DNA of 32,000 nucleotides from Planctomycetales bacterium (GTDB lineage Bacteria; 4484-113; JAFGCY01): NCBI GenBank assembly GCA_022646745.1, contig CP060262.1, positions 3,210,001 to 3,242,000 of the forward strand, read 5' to 3'. Shown piece by piece: positions 8,826 to 18,600 of this stretch (position 1 is its first letter; each line of letters starts with the position of its first letter). The notes under the pieces were generated by a model. It saw only the letters and a program-made list of their open reading frames with translations, ran no database searches and was not told where the DNA came from. The position numbers and the translations under genes were made by a program.

Positions 8826-9989
8826 GTGGTTAAGCTAAGCAGCAGGCAGGGCATTGAACGCACCCGGCGTTCCATCAAGGCGCATAGCCGCGGCCACCAG
8901 CCGCATATGTTCGCTGTGCTCGAGACGGACCATGCCCCGGTGGATGAATCCGTCCTGCTCGTGCAGGACAGCGAAACGGAACCGAGCAACAAGTTCGAGT
9001 TCCGCAGCCTTGTCGAGTTCGAGGAACGCAAGGCCGTGCTTGGGACCATCGCTCCGCGCGCCCAGTCATCCGCGCTGCGCCACAGCAGCATCCAGGTCAA
9101 GCGTGGCAGGCTTGGCAACAAGGCTGCAGAGACCCTGCTGATCCTCAACCGCCTGCCGGTCGGACTGCTGGAGAATCCTGGGCCGGTGCTTAAGGGAATG
9201 CTCAAGTCCGTCGGACGGGCACTGGACCAGATCAACTGCAATGGCCGTCCGCACAACCTGCACTGGTGGCTGGCAATTGAACTGGCGATGAAGGGCTGGG
9301 TTCGCCGCCAGAGCGTTGAGAGCCTGGCAGCGGAGCTAGATTGCAACGTGCCCACCTTCGGCCCTGGCATCATCCCGGCCGATGGACTCTACATCTGGAC
9401 TGAGTACCTAGACCGCACTATTGACCAGCTCGAACAGCAGCTGGAAAGCCCAAAGAACCGCAATCCCTTCAATGACCGGCTGGTTGCCACCACGATTGCC
9501 AACCTGCTCGGCATCCGCGATCCCGGCATCTGTGCAGTGCTTATCGGCAGTTTTGCCCAGCGCCACAACTGTGAAGTGCTGCCGGACGTGCAGGTCCTGT
9601 CCTGCAACCTGCCGACCCGCTTCGTCAGTGAACTGGATGACGAGGACCGCGCGATTGGCGATGAGATCGTGGCCCTGTTCGAGAATGGTGAAGGTGTGAG
9701 CCGCCATTCGCTGGAACAGAAGTACCCCTCCAGTATGCATGTGATTGCCAACCTGTTCCTCTGCGGCAAGCTGGTTGCCAGCCCTGAGGGCTTCATCTTC
9801 ACCCGTGAGCAGCTGATCCGCTACCGAGACATCCTGCTGGCCGCTGGGGAGGACCTCTCACGGCCATCTGTCCGTGTGATCAAGGATGAGTGCGGCCTCG
9901 GCCGCAGGGCTGCTGAATCCCTGCAGGGCCTGTTCGCCGACCTGTTCCGCGATGGCTACACTCTGCCACCGCAGGAGCATGGGGCGTGA
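8826..9989 (+). CDS. Hypothetical cytoplasmic protein, no family recognised
   Basis: 387 aa. Strong G/C third-position bias in this frame. No TM or signal peptide. The stop overlaps the GTG start of the downstream ABC ATPase (GTGA, 9986-9989). An alternative internal ATG (M28) is possible. Confidence 0.55.
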   Translation: MVKLSSRQGIERTRRSIKAHSRGHQPHMFAVLETDHAPVDESVLLVQDSETEPSNKFEFRSLVEFEERKAVLGTIAPRAQSSALRHSSIQVKRGRLGNKAAETLLILNRLPVGLLENPGPVLKGMLKSVGRALDQINCNGRPHNLHWWLAIELAMKGWVRRQSVESLAAELDCNVPTFGPGIIPADGLYIWTEYLDRTIDQLEQQLESPKNRNPFNDRLVATTIANLLGIRDPGICAVLIGSFAQRHNCEVLPDVQVLSCNLPTRFVSELDDEDRAIGDEIVALFENGEGVSRHSLEQKYPSSMHVIANLFLCGKLVASPEGFIFTREQLIRYRDILLAAGEDLSRPSVRVIKDECGLGRRAAESLQGLFADLFRDGYTLPPQEHGA

Positions 9990-10975
9990 GCAATGCCCCA
10001 CAACCACTGCTGAAGGTCGAAGGACTTAGCAAGTACTTTCCGATCCGTGCCGGCTCCTTTGGCAGCGGTGGCCAGACAATCCGCGCCGTGCACAACGTCA
10101 GCTTCAGCATTGGTCGCCGCCAGACGCTAGGACTCGTCGGGGAAAGCGGCTGCGGTAAGAGCACAACGGCACGGCTGGTCCTGCGCCTGATTGAACCGAG
10201 TGAAGGAAGCATCCTGCTTGACGGCGAGGAGCTGATGGAATTCCGTCCGGCGCGGCTCAAGCAGGCCCGCCGCCGGATGCAGATCGTGTTCCAGGATCCA
10301 ATGGGATCCCTGAACCCACGGCGAACTGTCGGACAGAGCATTGCGGAACCCCTCGAAGTTAATGGCTGGAAGCGCTCCGACATCGTGATCCGGATTGCGG
10401 AACTGCTGAAGGACGTGGAATTGCCGGCAAGCTACGCCGAACGTTATCCGCATGAATTCAGCGGTGGCCAGCGCCAGCGCATTGCCATTGCCCGTGCCCT
10501 GGCGCTCAAACCGGACCTCGTGATCGCAGACGAACCGGTCAGCGCGCTCGATGCTTCAATCCAGTCCCAGATTCTCAACCTGCTTGAACGCCTCAAGGAA
10601 GAGCACGACCTCGCCTATCTATTCATCTCTCATGATCTCTCGGTCGTGCGGCATATCTGTGACAAGGTTGCCGTGATGTACCTCGGAGAGATTGTTGAGG
10701 AAGGAGACACGGCTGAGGTCTATGGCAAGCCGGCCCATCCTTATACCCAGGCCCTACTCAAGGCCATCCCGGTGCCCGGCAGCAATCCGCAACCCGTAGA
10801 ACCACTGGAGGGCAGCCTGCCAAGTGCGATTGACCCTCCGAAGGGCTGCGCTTTCGCCAGCCGCTGTCCACATGTGATGCCGCGCTGCTCAACTGATTCG
10901 CCTCCGTCTTACAAAATCAGCGAGCAACACAGCAGCCGCTGCTGGCTAAACGAAACGGGCCAGCGCCCGTCCTGA
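9986..10975 (+). CDS. Oligopeptide/dipeptide-type ABC transporter ATP-binding protein (OppF/DppF-like), without adjacent permease or binding-protein genes
   Basis: Walker A GESGCGKST, Q-loop, signature FSGGQRQRIAIARAL, Walker B LVIADEPVSALD, H-loop ISHDL. The C-terminal oligopeptide-ATPase extension has HPYTQALL and CAFASRCP...C. Confidence 0.9.
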   Translation: MSNAPQPLLKVEGLSKYFPIRAGSFGSGGQTIRAVHNVSFSIGRRQTLGLVGESGCGKSTTARLVLRLIEPSEGSILLDGEELMEFRPARLKQARRRMQIVFQDPMGSLNPRRTVGQSIAEPLEVNGWKRSDIVIRIAELLKDVELPASYAERYPHEFSGGQRQRIAIARALALKPDLVIADEPVSALDASIQSQILNLLERLKEEHDLAYLFISHDLSVVRHICDKVAVMYLGEIVEEGDTAEVYGKPAHPYTQALLKAIPVPGSNPQPVEPLEGSLPSAIDPPKGCAFASRCPHVMPRCSTDSPPSYKISEQHSSRCWLNETGQRPS

Positions 10976-10982
10976 TTGCTGC

Positions 10983-11414
10983 ATGGAAAGACTCCCCCTC
11001 CTGCTGCGCTGGTACTGCATCCTGGCAATCATCCTGCTCGCGTGGTACGGCTTCACGGTCAGCTCTCAGGTGCGCTCAATGAAGCAACGCACGGCGGAAA
11101 TGGTCGTCCAACTGGAAGGCCTGAATTCTGAAGCTGACAAGGCAGAAGATGTCTACAACCAGCTTGAAGGCAAGCAGCGGCGTGAACGCCCTGGATACAG
11201 CGGCGAAGAGGCAGTAATGGCCAGCGTTGCAGTGATGGCAGCCAAGGACAAGTTCGAGAAGCTCAGCGCTGATCTGAAGCAACTACAGGAAGAGCACAGC
11301 AAGCTGGAGACAGCAGCCTCAGCCCTGCAGCTGCGCATTGTCCCGGTCGTCGCAATTGCCCTGCTCCACCTGTTCGGATTCTTCATGATCCGCGTGGAAC
11401 AACGCGAAAAGTAG
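10983..11414 (+). CDS. Hypothetical membrane protein, two terminal TM helices flanking a coiled-coil segment
   Basis: 143 aa. N-terminal TM YCILAIILLAWYGF, a charged heptad-like middle (LKQLQEEHSKLE), and C-terminal TM VVAIALLHLFGFFMI. Confidence 0.5.
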   Translation: MERLPLLLRWYCILAIILLAWYGFTVSSQVRSMKQRTAEMVVQLEGLNSEADKAEDVYNQLEGKQRRERPGYSGEEAVMASVAVMAAKDKFEKLSADLKQLQEEHSKLETAASALQLRIVPVVAIALLHLFGFFMIRVEQREK

Positions 11415-11419
11415 CACAG

Positions 11420-12364
11420 CTACTGCCCGTTGCGGTCTAGGGCGTCAAGGTTCAGCAGGGTGTTGCCATCCGTCACGACGAGCTGGATATCGTCATTGAG
11501 CTTGTCAATCGCCAGCCACTTCAGGTAGTTCGGGTTCTGCACCAGGGCATCATTCAGCACCCTTATCTTCTCGGCCTGCGCCTGGGCCTCGATCAGCACC
11601 TGTTGCTTCTCCTGCTCAGCCTTCTCAAGCACGTACTTCATGCGCTCGGCATCCTGTTGCGCCGCCTTCTTCTCATTGATCTTCTCCGTCACGGCATCAG
11701 GCAACTTGATGTTGCGCACCAGTACCTCATTAAGCAGCATGTTGTTGTCAGCCAGCACTGAACTCAACCGGTCACCCAGCTCCTGTGTGATTGACTCACG
11801 CTCGGTACTGTACGCCGCAGTTGCCTCATGCAGTGCAAACACACTACGGATTGCCTCACGCACGGAAGGACGGATGATCTTCTCGCGATAATTGCTGCCA
11901 ATGTTGTAATGAAGCTCGTTCAGCTTCTTGTCATCCAGGCTGAAAAGCACGGTCAGGTCAATGTCCATTTCCAGGCCGTCACTTGAACGAACTGTGATCG
12001 CATCATCCTGCTGGCGGTCGCCTTCACCCTGGGTGGCGGACATTGTGTATTCCTGGATCTGCACGTTGTAGAGCTTGCGTTCGTAGACGCCCGGCATCAC
12101 GAGCGTCCAGCCTGGTTCGAGAGGCTGCGCTGTGAACTGCTTGGTGAAGCGGTTGAACAGCACCATCCTGTTTCCGACTTCCACGGTCACGATGCTGTTG
12201 CCGACGAATGCCAGCACTACAACCAGCACTACCAGCAGCGACACCATGCTGCGCATACGCGCAAGCTCAGACTTGGTGAAGCCGCCTTCACTCATCCGTT
12301 TCGCATAGTTGCCCAGAATGATCGCGCCGATCACGATCGCGATCATCGTAAACAAGGGACCCAT
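11420..12364 (-). CDS. SPFH/band 7 (prohibitin/HflC-like) membrane protein
   Basis: 314 aa. N-terminal TM, an SPFH core (VEVGNRMVLFNRF ... ITVRSSDGLEMDIDLTVLF ... IIRPSVREAIRSV), then a coiled-coil tail. GAGGTG Shine-Dalgarno upstream. Confidence 0.85.
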   Translation of the reverse strand: MGPLFTMIAIVIGAIILGNYAKRMSEGGFTKSELARMRSMVSLLVVLVVVLAFVGNSIVTVEVGNRMVLFNRFTKQFTAQPLEPGWTLVMPGVYERKLYNVQIQEYTMSATQGEGDRQQDDAITVRSSDGLEMDIDLTVLFSLDDKKLNELHYNIGSNYREKIIRPSVREAIRSVFALHEATAAYSTERESITQELGDRLSSVLADNNMLLNEVLVRNIKLPDAVTEKINEKKAAQQDAERMKYVLEKAEQEKQQVLIEAQAQAEKIRVLNDALVQNPNYLKWLAIDKLNDDIQLVVTDGNTLLNLDALDRNGQ

Positions 12365-12476
12365 GTCTCACCTCTGAGGCTATTGCTAGGGGCTAGGATA
12401 CCATTGCGACCAAACTGTGCCTGTCGGCTTCGGTCCTACTGTCCTGTCCCACACTCAGGTAATACGCATTTGGGCA

Positions 12477-13436
12477 TCACTCGGGTTCACCTGCATTCAT
12501 CCTGCACCTGCCAGCCTGCTCCATTATCGCCCTGGCCTGCGCCTGCACACGGTGGAACTTGCGCCTGATGAACACGCTGCCCTCGAAAGTAGTGCGGAAT
12601 TCTTCATCCTTCATCGAAACAATTCTCGAGGCCCGAGCCTCTCTGATCTCCTTTCGAGGAGCAAACCTGTGGATGATGCTTTGCAGGGGAGAGTAATTGA
12701 ACGGGCAGACCTGCTGGCAGGTGTCACATCCAAACAGCCACTCCTGCAGGTCCACGCTCCCGTCAACTTCATCCTTGCATTCAGTCGTCAGGTAACTGAT
12801 GCATCGGTCAGCCTTCAGGATCCCCGGACCGGTCAGGGCATCCTGAGGGCAGGCTGTGACGCACCTGGTGCACGTGCCGCAGCTGTAATCCACCGGGTCG
12901 TCAACCGGCAGTTCTGCACTGCTCAGGATGCAGCCGAGGAAGAAGTAACTGCCTATCTCACGATTGACGACGAGGGAGTTGCGACCACGCATGCCGATCC
13001 CGGCGGCAACTGCAAATGCCTTTTCAGCCAGCGGAGAACTGTCAACGGTCACACGCCAGCTGTGTCCATCAAGCATCCCGTCCAGCCAGCGCCCCAATTG
13101 CTTTAGCCGGGGAGTCAGGACATTGTGGTAGTTGTCACCCCAGGCGTAGCGGGCCACCCTGCCCTCACCATGTTCGGCATAGTCTGCATTGTGGTGGTAA
13201 TAGCTGGCTGCCAGCACGATCACACTGCGGCATTCCGGCAGCAGGTGACGCGGATCATAGCGCTTGGCCGGATCACGATATAGGTAGTGCATGTCCCCGC
13301 CATAACCGCGTTCCAGCCACTTCTCATGGTTGCCAACCTCATTCAGAACCGCTTCAACGGAAGATACCCTCAGCAAGTCAAAGCCGAGCAAAGTGCATTG
13401 GTGAGTCAGTTGCTGCTTGAGGCTTACCGCGTCCAT
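12477..13436 (-). CDS. queG: Epoxyqueuosine reductase (tRNA queuosine biosynthesis)
   Basis: 319 aa. Two 4Fe-4S ferredoxin motifs (CGTCTRCVTACP, CDTCQQVCPFN) and QueG-typical GYGGDMHYL and CISYLTTE. Confidence 0.9.
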   Translation of the reverse strand: MDAVSLKQQLTHQCTLLGFDLLRVSSVEAVLNEVGNHEKWLERGYGGDMHYLYRDPAKRYDPRHLLPECRSVIVLAASYYHHNADYAEHGEGRVARYAWGDNYHNVLTPRLKQLGRWLDGMLDGHSWRVTVDSSPLAEKAFAVAAGIGMRGRNSLVVNREIGSYFFLGCILSSAELPVDDPVDYSCGTCTRCVTACPQDALTGPGILKADRCISYLTTECKDEVDGSVDLQEWLFGCDTCQQVCPFNYSPLQSIIHRFAPRKEIREARASRIVSMKDEEFRTTFEGSVFIRRKFHRVQAQARAIMEQAGRCRMNAGEPE

Positions 13437-13473
13437 GTTCCTGCATCGTCCGGATCAATCCGGACAGTTATCT

Positions 13474-14112
13474 TCAGCCTTCGCTTTCCGCTTCGCCGGC
13501 CGGTGGTGAAACATCCTCATCAGCTTCCTTTGAAGGAGTGTCTGCAACCGGGTTGCCTTCCTCATCCACCACTGTACCCTGGATCACATTAACGTCATTG
13601 ATGTCATCAACCTCGATGCGCACTTCAGGACCCTTGTCCTTTTCGGGGTCGTAGATGCCCAGTGTGACATCATGCAGATAGTTGTAAATGCGCTCTGCGA
13701 TCTGCTCGTTGAGCATGGTCTCATCGTTGTCATTCATGCGCATCACGCTGCTGCGCCATTCCTCACCCTTGTAATAGGGCTTCCACTTGTCAGTACCGAA
13801 GTCCGCATAGTTGAATGCGTTCGTGAATCCACACTCATGACACCATGTGCAGCGATTGATCGTAAGGTCCCGGTTCGGGATATTGACGCGGATATCCGCC
13901 GGCCCTTTGCGTTCAGCCTTGGGGTATGTCAGAACGTCCTTGATCCCGAGGTCACTGTCGTTGCTGAACAGGCGTGCCTTTTCCACGACATACTGCCTTT
14001 GTCCAACTGTCGTTTCCCCGGAATCCAGCGGATTACAGGCAGCCAGCAGCAGCAATCCGGCGATTATTCCGAACTTACTAAACTTTTGAGTCTTTCGCAC
14101 CGTCATAAGCAT
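13474..14112 (-). CDS. Lipoprotein with a single CXXCH motif (putative monohaem c-type cytochrome-like protein)
   Basis: 212 aa. Lipobox LLAAC, CTWCH motif followed by ...KWKPYYKGEEWRSSVMRMN, and an acidic C-terminus. AGGAGG Shine-Dalgarno upstream. Haem binding is inferred only from the motif. Confidence 0.55.
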   Translation of the reverse strand: MLMTVRKTQKFSKFGIIAGLLLLAACNPLDSGETTVGQRQYVVEKARLFSNDSDLGIKDVLTYPKAERKGPADIRVNIPNRDLTINRCTWCHECGFTNAFNYADFGTDKWKPYYKGEEWRSSVMRMNDNDETMLNEQIAERIYNYLHDVTLGIYDPEKDKGPEVRIEVDDINDVNVIQGTVVDEEGNPVADTPSKEADEDVSPPAGEAESEG

Positions 14113-14170
14113 AACTCCGGATCAGCCTCCTGTGAAACAGGCGGTTGGACGGACTATTTCCAACGAGGAA

Positions 14171-14176
14171 TATAAT
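14171..14176 (+). promoter_or_regulatory. -10 box TATAAT, 7 nt upstream of ATG 14184 (putative leaderless promoter)
   Basis: gaaTATAATtgcgcatATGagcATG. Confidence 0.45.
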
Positions 14177-14183
14177 TGCGCAT

Positions 14184-15437
14184 ATGAGCATGCCAAGAAC
14201 GATCAGTGCGCTGGTACTCAGCATCCTTGCCGGGCTGCTGCTCGGCTTCGGACTTACGACCATCTCGCGCGCTCACACCCTGAACAACCACAACCGCATC
14301 GCGGAGGACATCGCCGCACTGATCCCGGGAAATGTCGCCTCGGATGACCATAACGTTGGCTTTCAGATCAACAGTCAGGCCAGTCCTGGCACAGCCCAGT
14401 TCAGTGCCCAGTCTACCGTTGGCGTGGGTGGTTCCTTCGTAAGTGATGTATACGACATGGTCAGTCCGGCCGTCGTTCACATCACCAACCGCATTGAGCG
14501 CCAGGACTTCTTCTTCGGCCCGATCAACGAGGAAGCCACGGGCAGCGGTGTGATCGTCAGCAAGAGCGGCTATATCCTCACCAATTACCACGTGATCCAG
14601 AACGCCACGGATCTGCAGGTCGTGACCAATGATGGCCAGAGCTATAGTGCGGAAATCATTGGCGCGGATGCCGGCACAGATCTGGCCCTGATCAAGGTGA
14701 ATGCCCAGCATGACCTGCCAGTGGCTAAGCTTGGCGATGACACGAAGCTGCGCGTCGGTGAATGGGTAGTCGCTATTGGTAACCCACGCGGGCTGGACTG
14801 GACGGTGACGGTCGGCGTGGTCAGTGCTCTGAACCGTGAAATCACGAACCAGCTCACCAACCAGACGCTCTACAACATGATCCAGACCGATGCCACCATC
14901 AACCCCGGCAACAGCGGCGGACCGCTGCTGAATGCCGCTGGCGAAGTAATCGGCATCAATGATGTGATCGTGAGCAACTCGGGCGGCAGTGAGGGTATCG
15001 GTCTGGCAATCCCCGTGTCCACCGTCAAGGATGTGCTGGATGACCTGATCACCAATGGCCGCGTGATGCGCCCCTGGCTGGGACTGCGCATCTACCGTGT
15101 GGTGAATGAAGCCCTGGCCCGCCAGCACAACCTGCCCGTCACCCATGGCATCATTCCGCGCGAGGTCTATGAGGGCAGCCCGGCCGCCAATGCCGGCATC
15201 ATCCGCTATTACGTCCAGCGCCGGAGCAAGGAATTCGGCTATGACATCATCTCCGAAGTGGATGGCAAGGAAGTCACCAGCGAACGGCAGATGCTGGACA
15301 TCATCCGCAACCACGAACCCGGAGAGAAGGTGACACTCACCATCTACCGGGTGATCAACGGCTCATACGAGAAGCTCAACATTGATGTGGTGCTGACCGA
15401 ACTAGACCCACGGGCCCCGCTGCTCGGCATCGTCTGA
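14184..15437 (+). CDS. HtrA/DegP-family periplasmic serine protease (trypsin-like domain plus PDZ)
   Basis: Catalytic triad contexts TNYHVI, TDLALIKV, GNSGGPLLN, and a C-terminal PDZ-like region. N-terminal TM MSMPRTISALVLSILAGLLLG. The ORF track starts at 14145 (TTG). Confidence 0.9.
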   Translation: MSMPRTISALVLSILAGLLLGFGLTTISRAHTLNNHNRIAEDIAALIPGNVASDDHNVGFQINSQASPGTAQFSAQSTVGVGGSFVSDVYDMVSPAVVHITNRIERQDFFFGPINEEATGSGVIVSKSGYILTNYHVIQNATDLQVVTNDGQSYSAEIIGADAGTDLALIKVNAQHDLPVAKLGDDTKLRVGEWVVAIGNPRGLDWTVTVGVVSALNREITNQLTNQTLYNMIQTDATINPGNSGGPLLNAAGEVIGINDVIVSNSGGSEGIGLAIPVSTVKDVLDDLITNGRVMRPWLGLRIYRVVNEALARQHNLPVTHGIIPREVYEGSPAANAGIIRYYVQRRSKEFGYDIISEVDGKEVTSERQMLDIIRNHEPGEKVTLTIYRVINGSYEKLNIDVVLTELDPRAPLLGIV

Positions 15438-15539
15438 GATTTAACCCCGAACTGACCGCTCCTGTACCGGCATCAAACCGGAAGCTGTCTGCGCCTACCT
15501 GCTTCACGGTAGAACCTATTACCGGCAGTCAGGCAATGG

Positions 15540-15566
15540 TTCAGCCTTTGACCAGCCTGCCGATAT
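15540..15566 (+). promoter_or_regulatory. Candidate sigma-28 (FliA/SigD-type) promoter: TTCA-N15-GCCGATAT
   Basis: GCCGATAT (15559-15566) matches the class III flagellar -10 consensus GCCGATAA/T. The -35 is only 2/4 to TAAA. It lies 45 nt upstream of the fliD ATG. Confidence 0.4.
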
Positions 15567-15611
15567 CTATTTCAGGAATTCAGGGAGCAAGCAAGGGAGC
15601 GGCCTTCCCAG

Positions 15612-18600
15612 ATGTCAATTCAGTTCTCAGGACTGGCCAGCGGTACTGACTGGAATTCGGTGATCGACCAGCTCGTTTCACTCGAGCGGCGATCAGTCGA
15701 AACACTGCAGAACCAGCGCAGTGACATACTGTTCAAGCAGAGCGCGCTGTCCGATGTCAACAAGCAGCTGCAGTCACTGGACAGGGTGTTCAGCACCCTG
15801 CGCTTCGAAAGCACCTGGCTGAGCCGCAGCACAAACAGTTCAGATCCGGCCCGTGTCAGTGGCATTGCGCAAAGTGGAGCCTCCCTCGGTACCTACAATG
15901 TTGAGGTCAACCGGCTGGCTACCCCCAGCCGCGCCACTTCAGGACTTGATGACACCCTGTACACCAAGGTTGCCAACCTGTCCCAGACCCAGAACATCGG
16001 TATTGCCTCCCTTACTCCGTTTTCGGACTTCCAGCCCACACGGGCACTGAGCACAACACTCATCAAGAACACACTGCAGGCGGGCCAGGCTGGTGCCAGG
16101 ATCACTGCTGGTGACACCATCAGCATCAACGGCAACCTTAAGGATGGCTCCGCTGTTAGCGGAACATTTACTTTTAATGGCGACGAGACAGATACGCTAG
16201 GCAGGCTGGCAATTACAGTAGCGCAGGTGTTCCATGGCGAGATCGCAGGCAGCATCGGCAGCAATGGTGAGCTGACATTTATCGAGACAAATCCCTCAGT
16301 CGCAGGCGATGTCACCTTCAATACGCTTGTCACCCCGATCGACCTGACTTTCAACGACACTGATTACTCCGGCAGCACACTCGACTTCGGCATCGGGAAC
16401 AACGTTGCTGGAGCAGCAGCAACCACCCGCCGCCTTGTCGGCACGCAGGTTTTCACCAGCGCAGGTGTTCTGGAACTATCAGATGCAACGGATCTGGCCA
16501 GCCTTGACCAAGTAACCAGTGGCACCCTCAACAACGGTGACAAGATACGAATAACAGGCAAGAACGGCGGTGGTTCAACCATCACGCCAGTGGACTTCAC
16601 GTATACGGGGGCTGCAGGTGGGCAGACTATCGCCGACCTCGTCTCGGCAATCAGTGGCGCATATGCCGGTGCAACGGCTAGTTACGAGAATGGGCGCATT
16701 GTGCTTACTTCCGATACGCCTGGTGCCAACGCAATTGAGCTGAACCTCTCATTTGTGGATACCCTGGGCGCGACTTCCATGTCACTCGGCAGTTTCAGCG
16801 TGGCGGAAACCGGCCGTGACAACGGTGCACAGATGATCACCACCGGCAGCTTCACCGTTGAGGGAACCGGTTCACACCTGCTCAGCAACACTGACGGAAA
16901 AGCTGGCAGGATCCGCGGCAATGTCTCCATCCTTGACCCGAGCAATACCCTTTCCAGCTATGGCATCACTGACTTCGACCTGTTCACTATTGATGTGGAC
17001 AATGCATCAGGCGGAATCGATCCGGTAACCATCAAGGGACTCAGTGAATACAGCACGCTGCAGGATTTCGTGGATGCAGTCAACAAGCAAGTGCCGGCGG
17101 TTACTGCCCAGCTGATAGATGTTGGAGGCAGCTTCCGCCTAGAAATCGTCGCCAACCAGGGCGGCCGGGACATCCGCCTGTATGACACGGCCGGCGGCAT
17201 CATGGATCGCCTGATCCAGATCGGTGCCACTGACCTCGACAGCAGCAGCAATGACCTGTCCATCACCTTCGGAAGCACGACTGCCACGAATGACTACACG
17301 ATGGTTGACTGGTTCACGCCCGACAACGGCGGCCCGATGCAGCGCCGTGTGATCACCGGTGACGAAGGTGGACCGGTGCTGGACCTGATCGGTGGAGTGG
17401 CCCTGAATGACGGCGGCGGCGGATTCAACCCCGGCGTGGCGACTGTCCGCACAGGAAATAGCTCTGAGCTGAACACCCAGGTTGCCTCCAGCACATACAT
17501 CTTCGGCAGCCGCAACATTGGCGTGAATCCGCCCACCAAGATCCCGTTCATTGACCCGACTGTCACTCTTGCCCAGGCCGGGTTTGCCATCACTCCTGAA
17601 AATGCCGACACGAATCCGCTGTTCCACACTAACGGATTCTTCACCATCAATGGAGTGGCAATCAACATCGGAGACGTCAATTCAACGACGATCAACGATG
17701 TCCTGGGCAAGATAAACTCTAGCGGAGCCGGAGTCACGGCCTATTTCGATTCCGCCAATTCCCGCTTCTACCTCAAGAACAACAGCACCGGGTCTGCCGG
17801 CATCAGCCTCGGCGGCAACGGAGATACCAGCAACTTCCTCACGATTGCAGGCCTGACGCAGGCAGCCGGCGGTATCAGTATCCAGGGCCGGTCAAAGGGA
17901 ACTGTGGACACAGGCCTGCCGCTTGCCCAGAGCGGCATGTCCCAGCAGGTGTCGAGCGGGGTCTTCACCATCAATGGAGTACGCATCACCGTGGACGCCG
18001 GCGTGGACAGCCTGACCGACCTGATGAACAAGATCAACAACAGCGGTGCCGGTGTCAAGGCCAGCTATGACCCGACCGCTGACAAGCTGACCCTGACCCA
18101 GGTGCTCAACGAGGATGTCACGTCAGTTCAGATCAGCCTCGGTGATCCGTCGGATACAAGCAACTTCCTCGAGGCAGCAAACCTCACCCTGGATACGACT
18201 GCAGTGTCCCAGGTTGGCAGCATCCGGCTGACCAGTTCCTTCAGTGTGAACGGCATCAACTACATCCGCAAGAGCAATGAGGTCTCAGATGTGGTTGACA
18301 AGGTTGCGCTGAACCTCAATGGTGTGACAACCGGTCCTGTCAGCATCTCGGTCGAGCAGGACAATGACCGGATGTCCAGTGCGATCCTCGACTTCATCGT
18401 TGAGTGGAACACCACGATGGAACGCATCAACACGAAGCCTCTCTCCAAGGAGGAGAAGAAGGGGGTGAAGGCGCTGACGGATGAGGATGCACAGGGCATG
18501 ACCATCCAGGAAATCGATGAGTATCTCAACAACCGCCAGAGCCTGATGCTGCGAGATTTCACCGCCAACGATTCATCGGTGCGCCAGATCAGCCGCCGGA

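Noticed and set aside
12417-13106. 229-aa plus-strand ORF opposite queG, with similar shadows at 24424..25083, 6723..7385, 3599..4069, 2569..3105, 28032..28541 and 28557..29141
   Set aside because: All overlap well-supported genes on the other strand. Most are in the codon-aligned antisense frame, and all have Arg/Ala/Pro/His-rich compositions typical of GC-rich off-frame translation.
14154-15314. 386-aa ORF antisense to the htrA-like gene
   Set aside because: It lies in the antisense frame that is codon-aligned with the sense gene, where stops arise only from the rare sense codons TTA/CTA/TCA. Its composition is low-complexity and rich in Ala, Asp, Gly and His, with no motifs. The sense strand has clear protease and PDZ motifs.
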